Source of the DNA: Candidatus Latescibacterota bacterium
GTDB lineage: Bacteria; Latescibacterota; UBA2968; GCA-2709665
Direction: 5' to 3'
Assembly (NCBI GenBank): GCA_965203805.1
Contig: OZ241917.1
Location: forward strand, 1,312,001-1,376,000
Length of the DNA: 64,000 nucleotides
Shown piece after piece: positions 9,516 to 20,900 of this stretch (within the stretch, counting starts at the first letter, position 1; each line of letters begins with the position of its first letter). Below the pieces are notes generated by a model that was not told the DNA's origin, did not search any database, and saw nothing but the letters and a program-made list of their open reading frames with translations. The position numbers were made by a program, and so were the translations under genes.

Positions 9516-11624
9516 TCACATAACGCCGTACCAACCGTACTGATCTTCGGGAACCAGCACGAAATTGGACCGCGCCGCGGGATACCAGGCGTCCGGGTTC
9601 TTCTCAAGGTGATCGTCCACGGCGCGGACCTCTACATAGTACATCCGATTGGCCTCCGGCACCTTCCAGACAAGTGACGTGTCGCCGGTCGTATGGGACA
9701 TCACTTCCTCGCGACACGCCCGATCCGAGAACACGCGGACATCGTATTCGATCCTGCCGCCGCCCATCTTTATGGACCGCGCCCAATTCAACCGGACCTC
9801 CTGCCGGCCGGCGCGCTGAGCGGGCAGCGGCAGAGGGAACGTTGGCGGATGCGCCTTTTCGGCCCCGAGGTAGTACGAGTAATACGGTTCCGATCCCCAG
9901 ATGCCGAAAACGTACCCCAGAATCCAGAACCGGTCCTCGCTTTCGAGCAGTTCGGGATCATACGCGAAACATTCCTGCGCGAAGCCGTCGGCGAAATAGA
10001 TGTCCGATTTCAGTTCGTCCACGGACAACACACGGCCTGCTTTGTGCGGCTGGTTGGCGCCGAAAAACAGCGCGTCCACGATGTGGTCTCTCCCGTCGTA
10101 TCTGGCCTCCGCGACCACGTGGTGGAACAGACCCACTGATCGCACCGGAATGCCGAGGGCTTCCAGAATAGCCACCGTGACCGTGACGCCCTGGCCGCAC
10201 CGTGCATCGTGCCCCTCCAGAATGGCCACCGGATCCTTCGTGTCGGGTATCTGAATCGGATTGTAGTACAGCGCCCGGTTCACGTAACCTGCAACCCGCC
10301 TGACGGCTTCGGCATCCGAAGAAGCGCCGCCGGTAACGGCGTCGGCAAGATGCCCGAGGTACTCCGCCCGGTCGGTTCCGGCGGCGCGGCGGATCAACTC
10401 GGCTTCCATCCCGGGCGGATAATCCGTTGCGGGCCCCTCCATATTCACAGTAGGCGGCGTCCACGGCATATGCGGCAGATACAGCGACCTTTTTGCGCCG
10501 TAGGTCCGCCGGTACCGGCCAAGATGCGCCTGCCTGTCGAAAGCCGTGTCCGGAACGCCGAATCCCGGCTCCTGTGCGGCGGGTTCGCTCTGCATCACAA
10601 GCCAGGACCCGAAAATCTCTCCCGGCTTGCCGGGTTGCGCGTACGGGACCGTCGTGCCCGTAATAGCGAACCGCTGGCCATCCGTCCAGTGATAACAAAG
10701 CAGCGCGACGCCGTCCGGCTGTTCCGGAGCCGCCAGGTAGTCAAAGGTCCCGGCGTCCGGGTCAAATACGAGAAACCGGTCCAGAAACCTGGGCGGCCTG
10801 CCGTCGATCGTCAACGGTCCGTCGGGGACCACGATCCGGCCGGTTTCGGGGTTCAGCCGGCTCGGATGCATATAGGTGCTCAGGCAGACATACGCGCGGC
10901 CCCCGTAACCGAAGCCCCCGCCCATGAAGCCGTAGGTTTTTCCATGGTCCGGCGTTGGAATCCCTTCCCCCCAGCGACCCCCACCCGGTTCCATCGGAAA
11001 GATCCGTCCTTTCGAGACATCCCACACATAGAGCACGCCGCGATGCAGGAGGTGACCCGACAGAACGGCCTGCGGGCAGGGCCCCGGGCGCTCGTCTATG
11101 AATCGTTCCGAACAGGGATCGAACCTGACGATTCGCGACGGGTCGCACAACGCGGAATAGACCATCCCCTCAACACACCACCCACCCGCCAACTGCCCGT
11201 GAAACGGACAGTCCACAACGCGCGGTTCAGCCAGCGGGCCGTCCAGAACCAGAATCCCGGATTCCGACCGCTCGAACAGCAGAACCTTACCGCCGGGCGT
11301 CTTCAATCCGTACCAGACAATGGGCCTGGCGCCCGGGATTTCCCGTTTTTCACAGGTGCGCCGTACGGGGTCGAATACCAGGTAGTACGGAACGTCCCCA
11401 AGGGTGAGCACCAGCTTTTCCTCCCAAGCAATGACCTGGACAATCGACTGACCGGCCATCTCGGGCACGGGAATCTGGACCGTCTCCGCCGTACGCAAGT
11501 GATGACCCGTCAATCGGTTGCGACCACATCCCTCCCAGAGCCAGTCCGCGGCGTCCACGTCCACGCCGAACGGCCGTCCGGTCTGGATATCGTCGTGTCT
11601 GTACAACCACACCTGGTCTCTCAT
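9516..11624 (-). CDS. Hypothetical protein with transglutaminase-like domain
   Basis: ARCGQ, HHVVAE and IVDAL suggest a Cys-His-Asp triad; N-terminal region looks beta-rich. Confidence 0.6.
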   Translation of the reverse strand: MRDQVWLYRHDDIQTGRPFGVDVDAADWLWEGCGRNRLTGHHLRTAETVQIPVPEMAGQSIVQVIAWEEKLVLTLGDVPYYLVFDPVRRTCEKREIPGARPIVWYGLKTPGGKVLLFERSESGILVLDGPLAEPRVVDCPFHGQLAGGWCVEGMVYSALCDPSRIVRFDPCSERFIDERPGPCPQAVLSGHLLHRGVLYVWDVSKGRIFPMEPGGGRWGEGIPTPDHGKTYGFMGGGFGYGGRAYVCLSTYMHPSRLNPETGRIVVPDGPLTIDGRPPRFLDRFLVFDPDAGTFDYLAAPEQPDGVALLCYHWTDGQRFAITGTTVPYAQPGKPGEIFGSWLVMQSEPAAQEPGFGVPDTAFDRQAHLGRYRRTYGAKRSLYLPHMPWTPPTVNMEGPATDYPPGMEAELIRRAAGTDRAEYLGHLADAVTGGASSDAEAVRRVAGYVNRALYYNPIQIPDTKDPVAILEGHDARCGQGVTVTVAILEALGIPVRSVGLFHHVVAEARYDGRDHIVDALFFGANQPHKAGRVLSVDELKSDIYFADGFAQECFAYDPELLESEDRFWILGYVFGIWGSEPYYSYYLGAEKAHPPTFPLPLPAQRAGRQEVRLNWARSIKMGGGRIEYDVRVFSDRACREEVMSHTTGDTSLVWKVPEANRMYYVEVRAVDDHLEKNPDAWYPAARSNFVLVPEDQYGWYGVM

Positions 11625-11823
11625 CGATGAACCCCTTTTTCGCCGCACAACCGGCCGCAGGCCCCGATCGGGAACGGGAGGCGCGGCGGCCGGCAGGACA
11701 CCCCGGCCGTTAAATCCGTTGACAAACCGAAAATACTCACTAACTTATGCCGATCTTCAAATCTCGTCACCATCCGCTCAATGATGGAAGTGGACGCGAC
11801 TTCTCACATCAGCGAGGCTCACT

Positions 11824-12516
11824 ATGGGTGTGATTACCGTCTCACGAGAATACGGCAGCGACGGACGATCGGTCGCGCAGAAGGCCGCCGATCTGCTGGG
11901 CTATCTTTGCATGAACAAAGACCTGCTCGTGGAAGTGGCCAACGAAGCCCAGGTCCCGGTCTCCGAGGCCGAACGTTTCGACGAGCGTCCCGAACACCCC
12001 GCGATGCGCGTGATCCGGAAATTCCTTACACCCGGACACCCGGAAGCCGTCACCGGCCTCTCGGAGTACGAATGGTGGGCAACCGCCACCGTCCCCGAAC
12101 TGACCGGACGAAGCGACTCCGGTCTGCCTCTGCCGGATGAAGAGGCCTTTGTGAACATCACGCGCGAGGTCGTCACGCGTCTGGCCGAGCGGGACAACGT
12201 GGTCCTGGTGGGTCGGGGCGGGCAGACTCTGCTGAGAGATCGACCCGCCACGCTGCATCTGCGGGTGGTCGCCGCAATCGACTATCGGATTCAGGTGGTC
12301 ATGAAACGGGAAGACCTGGATGCCGGCGCCGCGGCCAAACGCATTCGAAAAATGGACGAATACCGGAAACGCTATCTCAAGAGGCACTACGGAATTGCGT
12401 GGAGCACCGCGGAAAATTACCACCTGACGCTCAATACCAGCCAGACCGGCATCGAGGGCGCCGCCAGCATCGTCGCGGAAGCCATGCGGTATATGGTGAA
12501 GTCCCGGCAAAACTGA
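11824..12516 (+). CDS. Cytidylate kinase-like family protein
   Basis: VITVSREYGSDG, VGRGG and YHLTLNTS motifs. Confidence 0.88.
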   Translation: MGVITVSREYGSDGRSVAQKAADLLGYLCMNKDLLVEVANEAQVPVSEAERFDERPEHPAMRVIRKFLTPGHPEAVTGLSEYEWWATATVPELTGRSDSGLPLPDEEAFVNITREVVTRLAERDNVVLVGRGGQTLLRDRPATLHLRVVAAIDYRIQVVMKREDLDAGAAAKRIRKMDEYRKRYLKRHYGIAWSTAENYHLTLNTSQTGIEGAASIVAEAMRYMVKSRQN

Positions 12517-12547
12517 CGGTCGCGGTCCGGAAGTCCGGAGAACGCAC

Positions 12548-12585
12548 AAAGATGCCCCGGGGGTTCCTCCGGGGCGTCTTTTTTT
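12548..12585. terminator. Rho-independent terminator, probably bidirectional
   Basis: GC-rich hairpin gatgccccgg...ccggggcgtc followed by a T-run and preceded by aaa, between convergent genes. Confidence 0.8.
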
Positions 12586-12606
12586 GCGAACCGATCCTGC
12601 AGGGGC

Positions 12607-13047
12607 TCATGCTTCGTCCGTGAGCATCTCCACCAGCATCTCCAACGCCGCGATATAGCCCCGCCATTTGAATCCCGCAACCTGCCCCACCATGATCGCC
12701 GAAAAGCAGGACCGGCTCCGGAACGCTTCCCTCGCATGGATATTGGACAGATGCACTTCCACCGCGGGCAGCCGGCTGTCTTCGATCGCATCGCGAAGCG
12801 AGTATCCGAATCCGGTCAGCCCCCCGGGGTTGAGGATAATCCCCCGGACACGGTCCCGTTCCTCCTGGACCTTGTCGACGAGGACGCCCTCGTGGTTGGA
12901 CTGCAGAAACTCCAACTCGCAGTCCATCGCTCGCGCCCGTTCCTGGAGCCGCCGGTGAATCTCGTCCAGCGTGATACGCCCGTAATGGGCGGCCTTCCGC
13001 CTACCAAGCATATTCAGATTGGGTCCCTGGAGTACCAGTATTCTCAT
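12607..13047 (-). CDS. aroQ: Type II 3-dehydroquinate dehydratase
   Basis: GPNLNMLGRR, QSNHEG, NPGG and EVHLSNIHAREAFR. Confidence 0.96.
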   Translation of the reverse strand: MRILVLQGPNLNMLGRRKAAHYGRITLDEIHRRLQERARAMDCELEFLQSNHEGVLVDKVQEERDRVRGIILNPGGLTGFGYSLRDAIEDSRLPAVEVHLSNIHAREAFRSRSCFSAIMVGQVAGFKWRGYIAALEMLVEMLTDEA

Positions 13048-13183
13048 GTCGACTTCTCCGTTCCGGTTCGAAACGCCCCGATGCCGTGTTCACGGTCCAT
13101 TTCGGCCGGCGAGCCCGGAAGGCCTTCCGATCTCCGCCAGGCGCCCTCGATCCGGCGTTCGGGTCCGGCGACGAAATCGACCG

Positions 13184-14257
13184 CTAAAGATATTCCGCGC
13201 GGCCATCCCGCAGGGCCGCGACAACGTCTCTGACGCGCTGGGCACGGTCGCGCCGGCAGATCAACAACGCATCCGGCGTATCGACGACGACCAGACCCTC
13301 CACGTCCACGAGCGCGATCAGCTTGCCCTCGACCCCATAGGCGGTGACATCCCGCGAGTCAAGATTCAGCACGTCGCCGGAGATCAGATTGCCCTCGGCG
13401 TCGACGGGAAGGATGTCCTGCAACGCGCCCCAACTGCCGATGTCGCTCCAGTCGATATCGGCTTCGAGGGTGGCCACACTGGGGGCTCTTTCGATGATCG
13501 CATTGTCAATGGCCACTTCCTTCATACGGGGATATTCCCGTTCGATCGCGGTTCTCTCCGCTCCGGTGCCTACCGCTGCCTGAATACGCATCAGAATGCG
13601 GTGAAGGTCGGGTTCGAACTGCTCGAACAGCGCCAGAACCGTCCTCGCCTTCCAGACGAACATGTTGCTGTTCCAGAGATAGTCGCCACTTTCCACGTAC
13701 GCCCTTGCGGTCGTTTCGTCGGGTTTCTCCCTGAAACGGGCCACGCCGTACACCGGCACGCCATTGACCCGCCTTGCAACGCCGCCCTTCTGAATGTAGC
13801 CGTATCCCGTTTCCACGCGGGTGGGTTTCACCCCCAGCGTAAACAGGGTATCGGGGTCCTCCTCCGCGGCTTCCCCGGCTGCGCGGAGCAGACGGCAGAA
13901 TTCCTCCGGCTTTCCGATGTGGTGGTCGGAGCCAAGGCTGGCCACCGTACAGCCCGGGTACCGGCTCTCGAGAAGCACGCATTCGAGCCCCACGGCCGGC
14001 CCCGTATTGCGTAACGCCGGTTCGACGACCAGTCCGGTCGGGGGGAGTTCGGGGAGCTGTTCCCGTACCAGCGCAACCAGTTCGCTTCCCGTTGAAACGA
14101 GGAGATCGCGGACGCCGACCAGCGGCCGGATCCGGTGCACGGCCTCCTGCAGCATGGTCCGTTCGCCGACCATTCTGTGGAACTGCTTGGGGCGCGTCGT
14201 CCGACTGAAGGGCCACAGACGGGTGCCGAAGCCGCCGGCCCGAATCACGAATTCCAT
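13184..14257 (-). CDS. manC: Mannose-1-phosphate guanylyltransferase
   Basis: AGGFGTRLWPFSR..RPKQF, EP..RNT, ETGYGYI, FREKP and WSDIGSW. Confidence 0.88.
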   Translation of the reverse strand: MEFVIRAGGFGTRLWPFSRTTRPKQFHRMVGERTMLQEAVHRIRPLVGVRDLLVSTGSELVALVREQLPELPPTGLVVEPALRNTGPAVGLECVLLESRYPGCTVASLGSDHHIGKPEEFCRLLRAAGEAAEEDPDTLFTLGVKPTRVETGYGYIQKGGVARRVNGVPVYGVARFREKPDETTARAYVESGDYLWNSNMFVWKARTVLALFEQFEPDLHRILMRIQAAVGTGAERTAIEREYPRMKEVAIDNAIIERAPSVATLEADIDWSDIGSWGALQDILPVDAEGNLISGDVLNLDSRDVTAYGVEGKLIALVDVEGLVVVDTPDALLICRRDRAQRVRDVVAALRDGRAEYL

Positions 14258-14787
14258 GGGTCTTCCCGTTGTCCGGACAATCCCCCGACTCCCGGCCGAC
14301 TCACGCTTACAATACTGATGGCGCCGCATGTCGTCGCGTCTTCTACCGCAAAATACACGTCCGTAGAACCGGACTCCTCTGCCGCAAGCGCCAGATTAAG
14401 CGCGTAACCGGCGTTTTCGACGAGATCCAAGTCGCCCACGCGGTCCAGCGCAACCCAGTGCAGCCGGCCTTCGTTACAGGGCGTCAATGTCTCACAGCCG
14501 GTTTGCCCTGTAAAAAACACCACGGTGGTGACGTCTCCGCGTTCCGGCCTTGTGAGCACGAGGCGCATCTCGAGGTTCTCGACGTCCGCCGCTCCGATTC
14601 CGGTTTCCTCGTCCACCTCGCGGAGCGCCGCCGTTTCCAGATTCCCCGTCTCCTCCGGTTCCACCCGACCGCCGACACCTGTCCAGCGGCCGGGCGCAAA
14701 GCCCTTGTGAGACGCACGCTCAAGTAACAAAACACGGTTTTTCCGAAAGAGAAAAACCGTCACATAGACATTCAGACCCGTGCCCAT
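14245..14787 (-). CDS. NUDIX hydrolase
   Basis: Nudix box GG..E.......AALREVDEETG. Confidence 0.9.
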   Translation of the reverse strand: MGTGLNVYVTVFLFRKNRVLLLERASHKGFAPGRWTGVGGRVEPEETGNLETAALREVDEETGIGAADVENLEMRLVLTRPERGDVTTVVFFTGQTGCETLTPCNEGRLHWVALDRVGDLDLVENAGYALNLALAAEESGSTDVYFAVEDATTCGAISIVSVSRPGVGGLSGQREDPWNS

Positions 14788-14874
14788 TTCCGCCTCAGGG
14801 AAAACCGCCGTCCGGGAGCCGGAACAGCGTAGGGACGGGGTCCCGGTCGTGCCGGACTCGGGCGGGTCCCACGG

Positions 14875-15750
14875 TCAGGCGCGCACATCCGCGCCGGATC
14901 GCGGGTTCAGCAGAAGGGAAAACAGCCTGGACAGCATCTGGCGCATTTCGCTGCGCGGCACGATCATATCGACAAATCCATGCTCCAGTACTTTCTCCGC
15001 GCGCTGTGCGCGACGCAGGGCTTCCAGTTCCTCCTCTCCCACCGAACTTCCGGTTATCCGCTCGCCCGTAAAGCCGATCAGCGCGTTGGGTTCCGCGATG
15101 TTGATATCGCCGATCAGCGCATAGCTGGCCGACACGCCGGCCGTCGTCGGATCGGTCAGGATGGAAATGAACAGGAGCTCCTCGTCTGCAAACTGGGCCA
15201 GCCTGGCGTTGATTTTCGCCAGCTGCATCAGGGAGAGCGCGCTTTCCATCATCCTCGCTCCACCGGAGCGACAGATCAGGATCAGCGGCAGACGCTCGGT
15301 GATGCAGCGATCGATCAGCCGGCAGAACCGCTCGCCCTCCGCGGAAGACAGGGTACCCATGATGAACGACGGCTCGTGGATGCCCACGCCCACGCGCCAG
15401 CCATCGAGCTTACCGATGCCGACACAGACCGCCGCATCCAGTCCCGTGGCTTTGCGACCCTCCCGGATCCGATCGGCATATCGCTTTCTGTCTTCGAAAT
15501 TCAGGGGATCGGCGGACTTCACCTCCGTGGCGATCTCCTCGAAAGCGCCCGGATCAAGGATGTGGTCCAGGTACTCTTTGTAGCCTATTCTGAAGTGCGC
15601 GCCGCAATGGGGACAGATTCCGTATTCCTTCCGCACCTGCTTGCTGTAGAGCGTCTGGTGGCAACGTTCGCACTTGATCCACAGATTGTCGGGCATCGTC
15701 CGCCGGACAAGCGTCTGAATGCCGGATTTCAATCGATCAAACCAATTCAC
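14875..15750 (-). CDS. accD: Acetyl-CoA carboxylase carboxyltransferase beta subunit
   Basis: LWIKCERC...CPHC zinc finger, SGGARM, DPTTAGVSAS and AEPNALIGF; start taken at GTG (VNWFDR). Confidence 0.93.
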   Translation of the reverse strand: MNWFDRLKSGIQTLVRRTMPDNLWIKCERCHQTLYSKQVRKEYGICPHCGAHFRIGYKEYLDHILDPGAFEEIATEVKSADPLNFEDRKRYADRIREGRKATGLDAAVCVGIGKLDGWRVGVGIHEPSFIMGTLSSAEGERFCRLIDRCITERLPLILICRSGGARMMESALSLMQLAKINARLAQFADEELLFISILTDPTTAGVSASYALIGDINIAEPNALIGFTGERITGSSVGEEELEALRRAQRAEKVLEHGFVDMIVPRSEMRQMLSRLFSLLLNPRSGADVRA

Positions 15751-15878
15751 GATGAAGTTTCCCTGTAAGGTCCCGCTGTGTCCTGTCTTCATGCCCCCGG
15801 ATCCCGTCCGGGCGGAACGCGAAATATACCCCCATGGACAGTTTGACACAAGAAAATTAAACCATAGCAAGCAGTTAG

Positions 15879-16038
15879 CAGTCCGTTGAAAAAGTCGCTC
15901 TGCAGGCGAGGCCGAGTCATTGTGGCCGAAGACAAGGCGCGCGACCGACGCGAATCCCTGGATTCGGGGAGGGAGCGCAACGCCGTATTTCGGTTACAAG
16001 GGCCGGACGCAGCCCGGATGGACTTTATCAACGGGCTG
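15879..16038. mobile_element. MITE (160 bp) with 18-bp terminal inverted repeats and a TTAG target-site duplication
   Basis: CAGTCCGTTGAAAAAGTC ... GACTTTATCAACGGGCTG (2 mismatches), flanked by TTAG at 15875-15878 and 16039-16042. Confidence 0.8.
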
Positions 16039-16318
16039 TTAGACCGATTCGTCGCCAGGATCTCCGGCTTTCGTCCGACTGCGGACGATGTTCGATTCAT
16101 CATACGAAGAGATCCGGGAACGCAGCCCGGTCATATAGATTTTCTGTTGACATGCTTTCGCAAACCTTATAGTTTCCTTTCGTGATTCACCGACCGATAC
16201 CGGGGTGCGCGCGCGTGGTGCGGCCCCCTGATTCCGCGAGATCCCGAAGCCGTTTCGGACGACCGGCATCACGTCCGTATCGGGAAAACGTCCGTCAAAC
16301 CGAACGGGAAACCGGCTT

Positions 16319-17203
16319 GTGCTAACCGAGAGTCTGAAGGTCTTCTGCGACCTCATCGAAACCCAGAGCTTTTCCAAAACCGCCGTACTCAATGACGTCA
16401 GCCAGTCGGCTGTGAGCCAGCAGCTCAAAAGCATCGAGAAACGACACGGGCGTCAACTCGTACAGCGGGAGAAAAGGCGACTTTCTCTCACGGCGGAAGG
16501 TGAAATCTTCTACGGCTACGCGCGGGAAATCGTCCGCCGTTTCGATGAGATGCAGCACCGCATTCAGGCCTTGAGCGGCGAGGTTTCCGGTACGGTTCGA
16601 CTCACTGCCATCTACAGCGTGGGCATGTTGGAACTGGCGCCATATCTCAAGAGCTACCTCAAATCACATCCGGGAGTCAACCTGCGACTGTCCTATTCCC
16701 GGGCCGGGCACATTTATGACAATGTGGCGAGCGGCCAGATCGACCTGGGAATCGTCGCCTTTCCCCGCTCGCAGCGAAACGTGGACGCGGTCCCGTTTGC
16801 GCAGGACCGGATGGTGGTGATCTGCTCCGTGTCCAACCCGCTCAGCGCGCAACCGTCCGTAAGTCCCGGTCAGCTGGCCGAACATTCCCTCATTCTGTTC
16901 ACACCCGAGGCGCCCACCCGGACGGCCGTCGACCGTCACTTCCGGAAACACGGCGTGACGCTCAAACCGGTCATGGAACTGGACCACATCGCTACCCTGA
17001 TCCACGCCGTCGAAGTCGACATCGGGATCTCCCTCGTTCCTGCATCGGCATTGAGGCAGGGACGATTCAAAGACACCCTCAAAGCGCTTCCGCTCCGGGG
17101 CAAGCCGTTGATCCGCACCCTCGGCGTCCTGCAACGCAAGGGCCGCAGTTTCTCCATGGCCGCACAGAAGCTGATGGAGACGCTGTCCCGCGGCAATCGA
17201 TAA
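16319..17203 (+). CDS. LysR family transcriptional regulator
   Basis: SFSKTA...VSQSAVSQQLKSIE HTH, LTAEG, and a substrate-binding domain. Confidence 0.92.
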   Translation: MLTESLKVFCDLIETQSFSKTAVLNDVSQSAVSQQLKSIEKRHGRQLVQREKRRLSLTAEGEIFYGYAREIVRRFDEMQHRIQALSGEVSGTVRLTAIYSVGMLELAPYLKSYLKSHPGVNLRLSYSRAGHIYDNVASGQIDLGIVAFPRSQRNVDAVPFAQDRMVVICSVSNPLSAQPSVSPGQLAEHSLILFTPEAPTRTAVDRHFRKHGVTLKPVMELDHIATLIHAVEVDIGISLVPASALRQGRFKDTLKALPLRGKPLIRTLGVLQRKGRSFSMAAQKLMETLSRGNR

Positions 17204-17272
17204 GCTGGCGCGGAAATCCCGCTACGTCAGAAACCCGCGGGAACGGCCGCATCGTGAAGAAAAGGAGCCCGT

Positions 17273-17833
17273 ATGTCGTTACCGAGCCGGGATGAAGCGT
17301 TTCAGCTGTTGTGCGAACACACCCGGAATCCGAATCTGATCAAGCACATGCTGGCTGTCGAAGCCGCAATGCGGGCCTATGCGCGCCGCTTCGGACAGGA
17401 CGAGGACCTGTGGGGCATCACGGGGCTGCTGCACGACTTCGACTACGAAAAACATCCGGATCCCGAGGAACACCCAATGGTGGGCGTTGGTATCCTGACA
17501 GAAAAAGGATATCCCCCGGAAGTCCTCCACGCCATCAAATCCCACGCCACCTATCTTGGCGTGCCCAGAGACTGTCTGCTCGACAAGGCCCTGTTCGCCG
17601 TGGACGAACTCACCGGATTCATCGTGGCCGTTACGCTGATGCAGCCTTCCAGGAAACTTGCGGACCTGAAGACTTCGTCCGTACGCCGGAAGCTGAAGCA
17701 GAAGGGATTCGCGAGGGCCGTCAGTCGGGAGGACATCCACGCCGGGGCATCGGAACTGGGGGTGGACATGGACGAACACATTGCATTCGTACGCGACGCA
17801 ATGGCCGGCATCGCTCAGGATCTGGGCCTGTAG
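17273..17833 (+). CDS. HD (HDIG) domain hydrolase
   Basis: KHMLAVEA, GLLHDFDYE and AVDELTG. Confidence 0.88.
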   Translation: MSLPSRDEAFQLLCEHTRNPNLIKHMLAVEAAMRAYARRFGQDEDLWGITGLLHDFDYEKHPDPEEHPMVGVGILTEKGYPPEVLHAIKSHATYLGVPRDCLLDKALFAVDELTGFIVAVTLMQPSRKLADLKTSSVRRKLKQKGFARAVSREDIHAGASELGVDMDEHIAFVRDAMAGIAQDLGL

Positions 17834-17947
17834 CAGCCGGGCCCTGGGTCACCCGGCCTTCTCCGGGCCTGCCTGCGCCGACATCACGAGCAGGCCTCGG
17901 AATCACCGGGGGCGGCCGTCCCCGCATCGGAGAACCTCACACCCCGG

Positions 17948-20900
17948 CTACCTTTTCAGCACATACAGCACGCCGTCTTCGGATGCCGCGGCAATCTCCG
18001 GGATGCCGTCACCGTCCACGTCCGCGGCAGCCACTGTCATCAGCGCGCCGCCGGTCTTGAATCGCGCCACCGTCCGCCCGTCATTATTGGCAAGCACGTG
18101 TATTGAACCGTCCTCGGTGCCAGCGGCGACTTCGGGTTTGCCGTCGCCGTCGAAATCACCCACGGCAATACAACGCACGACTTCCCCCAGGTCCGCCCGC
18201 CAGACGAGGGTGCGTCCGTCGCCCTTGATCACGTACACGTTGAAACTCATCGAAGACGCCACGACCTCGTCCAACCCATCGCCGTCCATGTCTGCCGTCA
18301 CGACCTGCGTCACCTCATCCCCGGTGTTGAACTGCCAGAGGAGTTCGCCATCGGCATTCAGGGTGTGGACATGCGTATCGGCCCCCGCGAAGATGACTTC
18401 CTTGCGGCCGTCGCCGTCCAGATCTCCCGCAGCGGCGGAATTGGTCCGAGGGCCCGTACGCGGATGGTAGGACCACCGGATCTCACCGCTGCCGTCAATG
18501 CAATGCCATCGGTGATATTCCGTTCCCGCAATCACCTCGTCTCGGCCGTCGCCGTCGATATCCGCCGCGCATCCATGCGTGGAGGAGTGCACCGTCATCT
18601 GATACCAAAGCAGCTTGCCATCGTGGCTGAATGCGTAGTATCGCCAGGACTCCGCCCCCGCGATCACCTCCAGTTTGCCATCCCCGTCGATATCGCCGGC
18701 AAAAACGGTCTTCAACATCGGCTTCCGGTAGTACAGAGGAATTTCATAGTCCCATTTCAACCTTCCCGTGGCGTTGAGCACGTAGACCTTCGTATCGGCA
18801 GACCCGGCAATCACCCGCGTCCTGCCGTCCCGCGCCAGGTCCGCCGCCCAAACGGACCGGACCTCGCCTCCCGTACGGAAACGCCAGAGCGCTTCACCGT
18901 CGCGCAGCGCGCAGACCGACCCGCCCCGGCCGCCCGCCACCAGTACGTCCGACCCGTCTCTCAGAAGATCGGCCCCTTGCACCGAGAGGAACGGACCCTC
19001 CTTACCGTACGCCCACAACGCCTTCAACCGGCCCACGCGACCCCGTCGCGGTCGGATCAGCGCCGGTTGAACCACTTTCGTGCGGACCGTACGGGTGGCC
19101 GCCTCGCGCAAGGCCATCACGGCGTCCGGCACCAGGGTGAACCGATGGTTGCCCTTCCGCAACGCAAATGACACCATCCCGTCGGAAACCGACGCATCCA
19201 CGGGTTTTCCGTTGACAATGACGCCCGACCGACCTTCCGACCACAGGCACAGCCGCGTGGCCTGCCGGACCGCGGCGCATCCCTCTCCCCGAACCGGATC
19301 GTACTCGATGGAAACCGGGTGCTCCGATCTCAGCTGTACCCCTCCCCACGAGACCCGCGTGCCGTCTGCAATCGCAATCCTGGACGGAGACACCATAAAC
19401 TGCGCAGCGGCCACGGTGGGACCATCGGAAATGACGACCGGGACATTGCACTCCCCCACGCCGGCGAACAGGACTTCCTCGCCCCCGTCGATCCGGACCG
19501 CCCCGTCGGCAAGCTGCACCAGTTTCAGACGCCTCGCCGCCGGATCGCCGCCGCAGTAGAGCAGATTGAAGAACCGGTACGTCTCGCCCGCCTTCAAACG
19601 AACGTCCACAATCTGCTGCAGAATCCGCACGACCGGTTCCGCGTGCGGATAGTCCGTCCAGTTCGTGCCGGTCTCGTGGTCGTCCTCCAGTTTGAGCGAC
19701 GGCCCCTTCAGTCCTTCGATATAGAACCGCTCCCCATCCTGTTCCACCGCCAGCCCGCCGCCTCGCAAAGTCACGTTGCCCAGCGTCTGCCATACCGCCC
19801 GGAAACCGTAATCGTCGTCCGACAGTGCGTCCATCTCGTCGATGACGAGGAAGAACCGGCCCCGGCTCCAGAGAATGTTGCGGTGCCAGTCCACCCCGCT
19901 ATAGTTGCGAAGTGTCGTCTCGGAAAATCCCGAACTGCCGAGATTCGCCGCGCGCTCGAGTTCGACAAACGGGGGGATTTCGGCGGACTGTCCATCCCTG
20001 AAAACCAGCACGCCGTTGTGAAATTTGGGCAGGGACTTGATATAGTCGCAGTCGGCCAGCCAGATCCGCCGCCGCTGCGTGATGCGTGATATCGAATTCC
20101 CGTCGTAGTGCTTGTGACCGCCGTTGGAGAGTCCGTCGAGAAAAAGGTACTGCGACATCGGATCGTACCCGTCCCTGAACACCACCTTGTCGAAAGTCTT
20201 CTTCAGGGGAAGATGGTCCTCGCCGCCGTTCGACGCGTAATACAACGGGTCCACCGGAAACACCTGAGTCCCGTCCAGATCCGACGGTTCGACGGGGGTT
20301 ATCCGCCTGTGATACTCATAAGCGGCAAATTGAGGCTCGACGGCCGTCTTCTTGTCCAGCATCCACTGATGGCGACCGTCTCCCAGCGCGAAAACCGCCG
20401 CACGAAGATACGGCAGTTCGCTCCACCAGCCGAAAGGCGACGCATTGTCGCCGTATGGAAGCGCATAGCCCAGATTGTCCGTTGTCAGGATCGCATAGTC
20501 CGCCGCTTTCCGGGCGCATCCATTCTCGAAAAACGTCATATCTCCGCTGGAAAGCGAATACCTGGCGAGGTGGTAGTGGGTCAGCCACTGGTATCCACTG
20601 CAATCTTCGTGGGGCTTGAATGCCTTCGCCTGGAACCGGAAGCACTCGTCGGACAGCGCCAGCCAGGCGTCGGCCTCCGGCAATCCGTAGTATTTCCGAT
20701 AATAGACGCCCGCGTAGTGCAGCCCCAATGCGGCGAACGTGGTGTGGTTGTGCCTCACGTGGGGGATTTTCATATTGCCCACGTGGTCCACGCAGTCGGT
20801 AATGAACTCGAACAGGATCCGGGTGATCCGCAGCCGATCGTCCTCCGAAATGACCGGACTTTCCTCCACGAGGTCCCACCCCGGCATCACCTTGTGCAGA

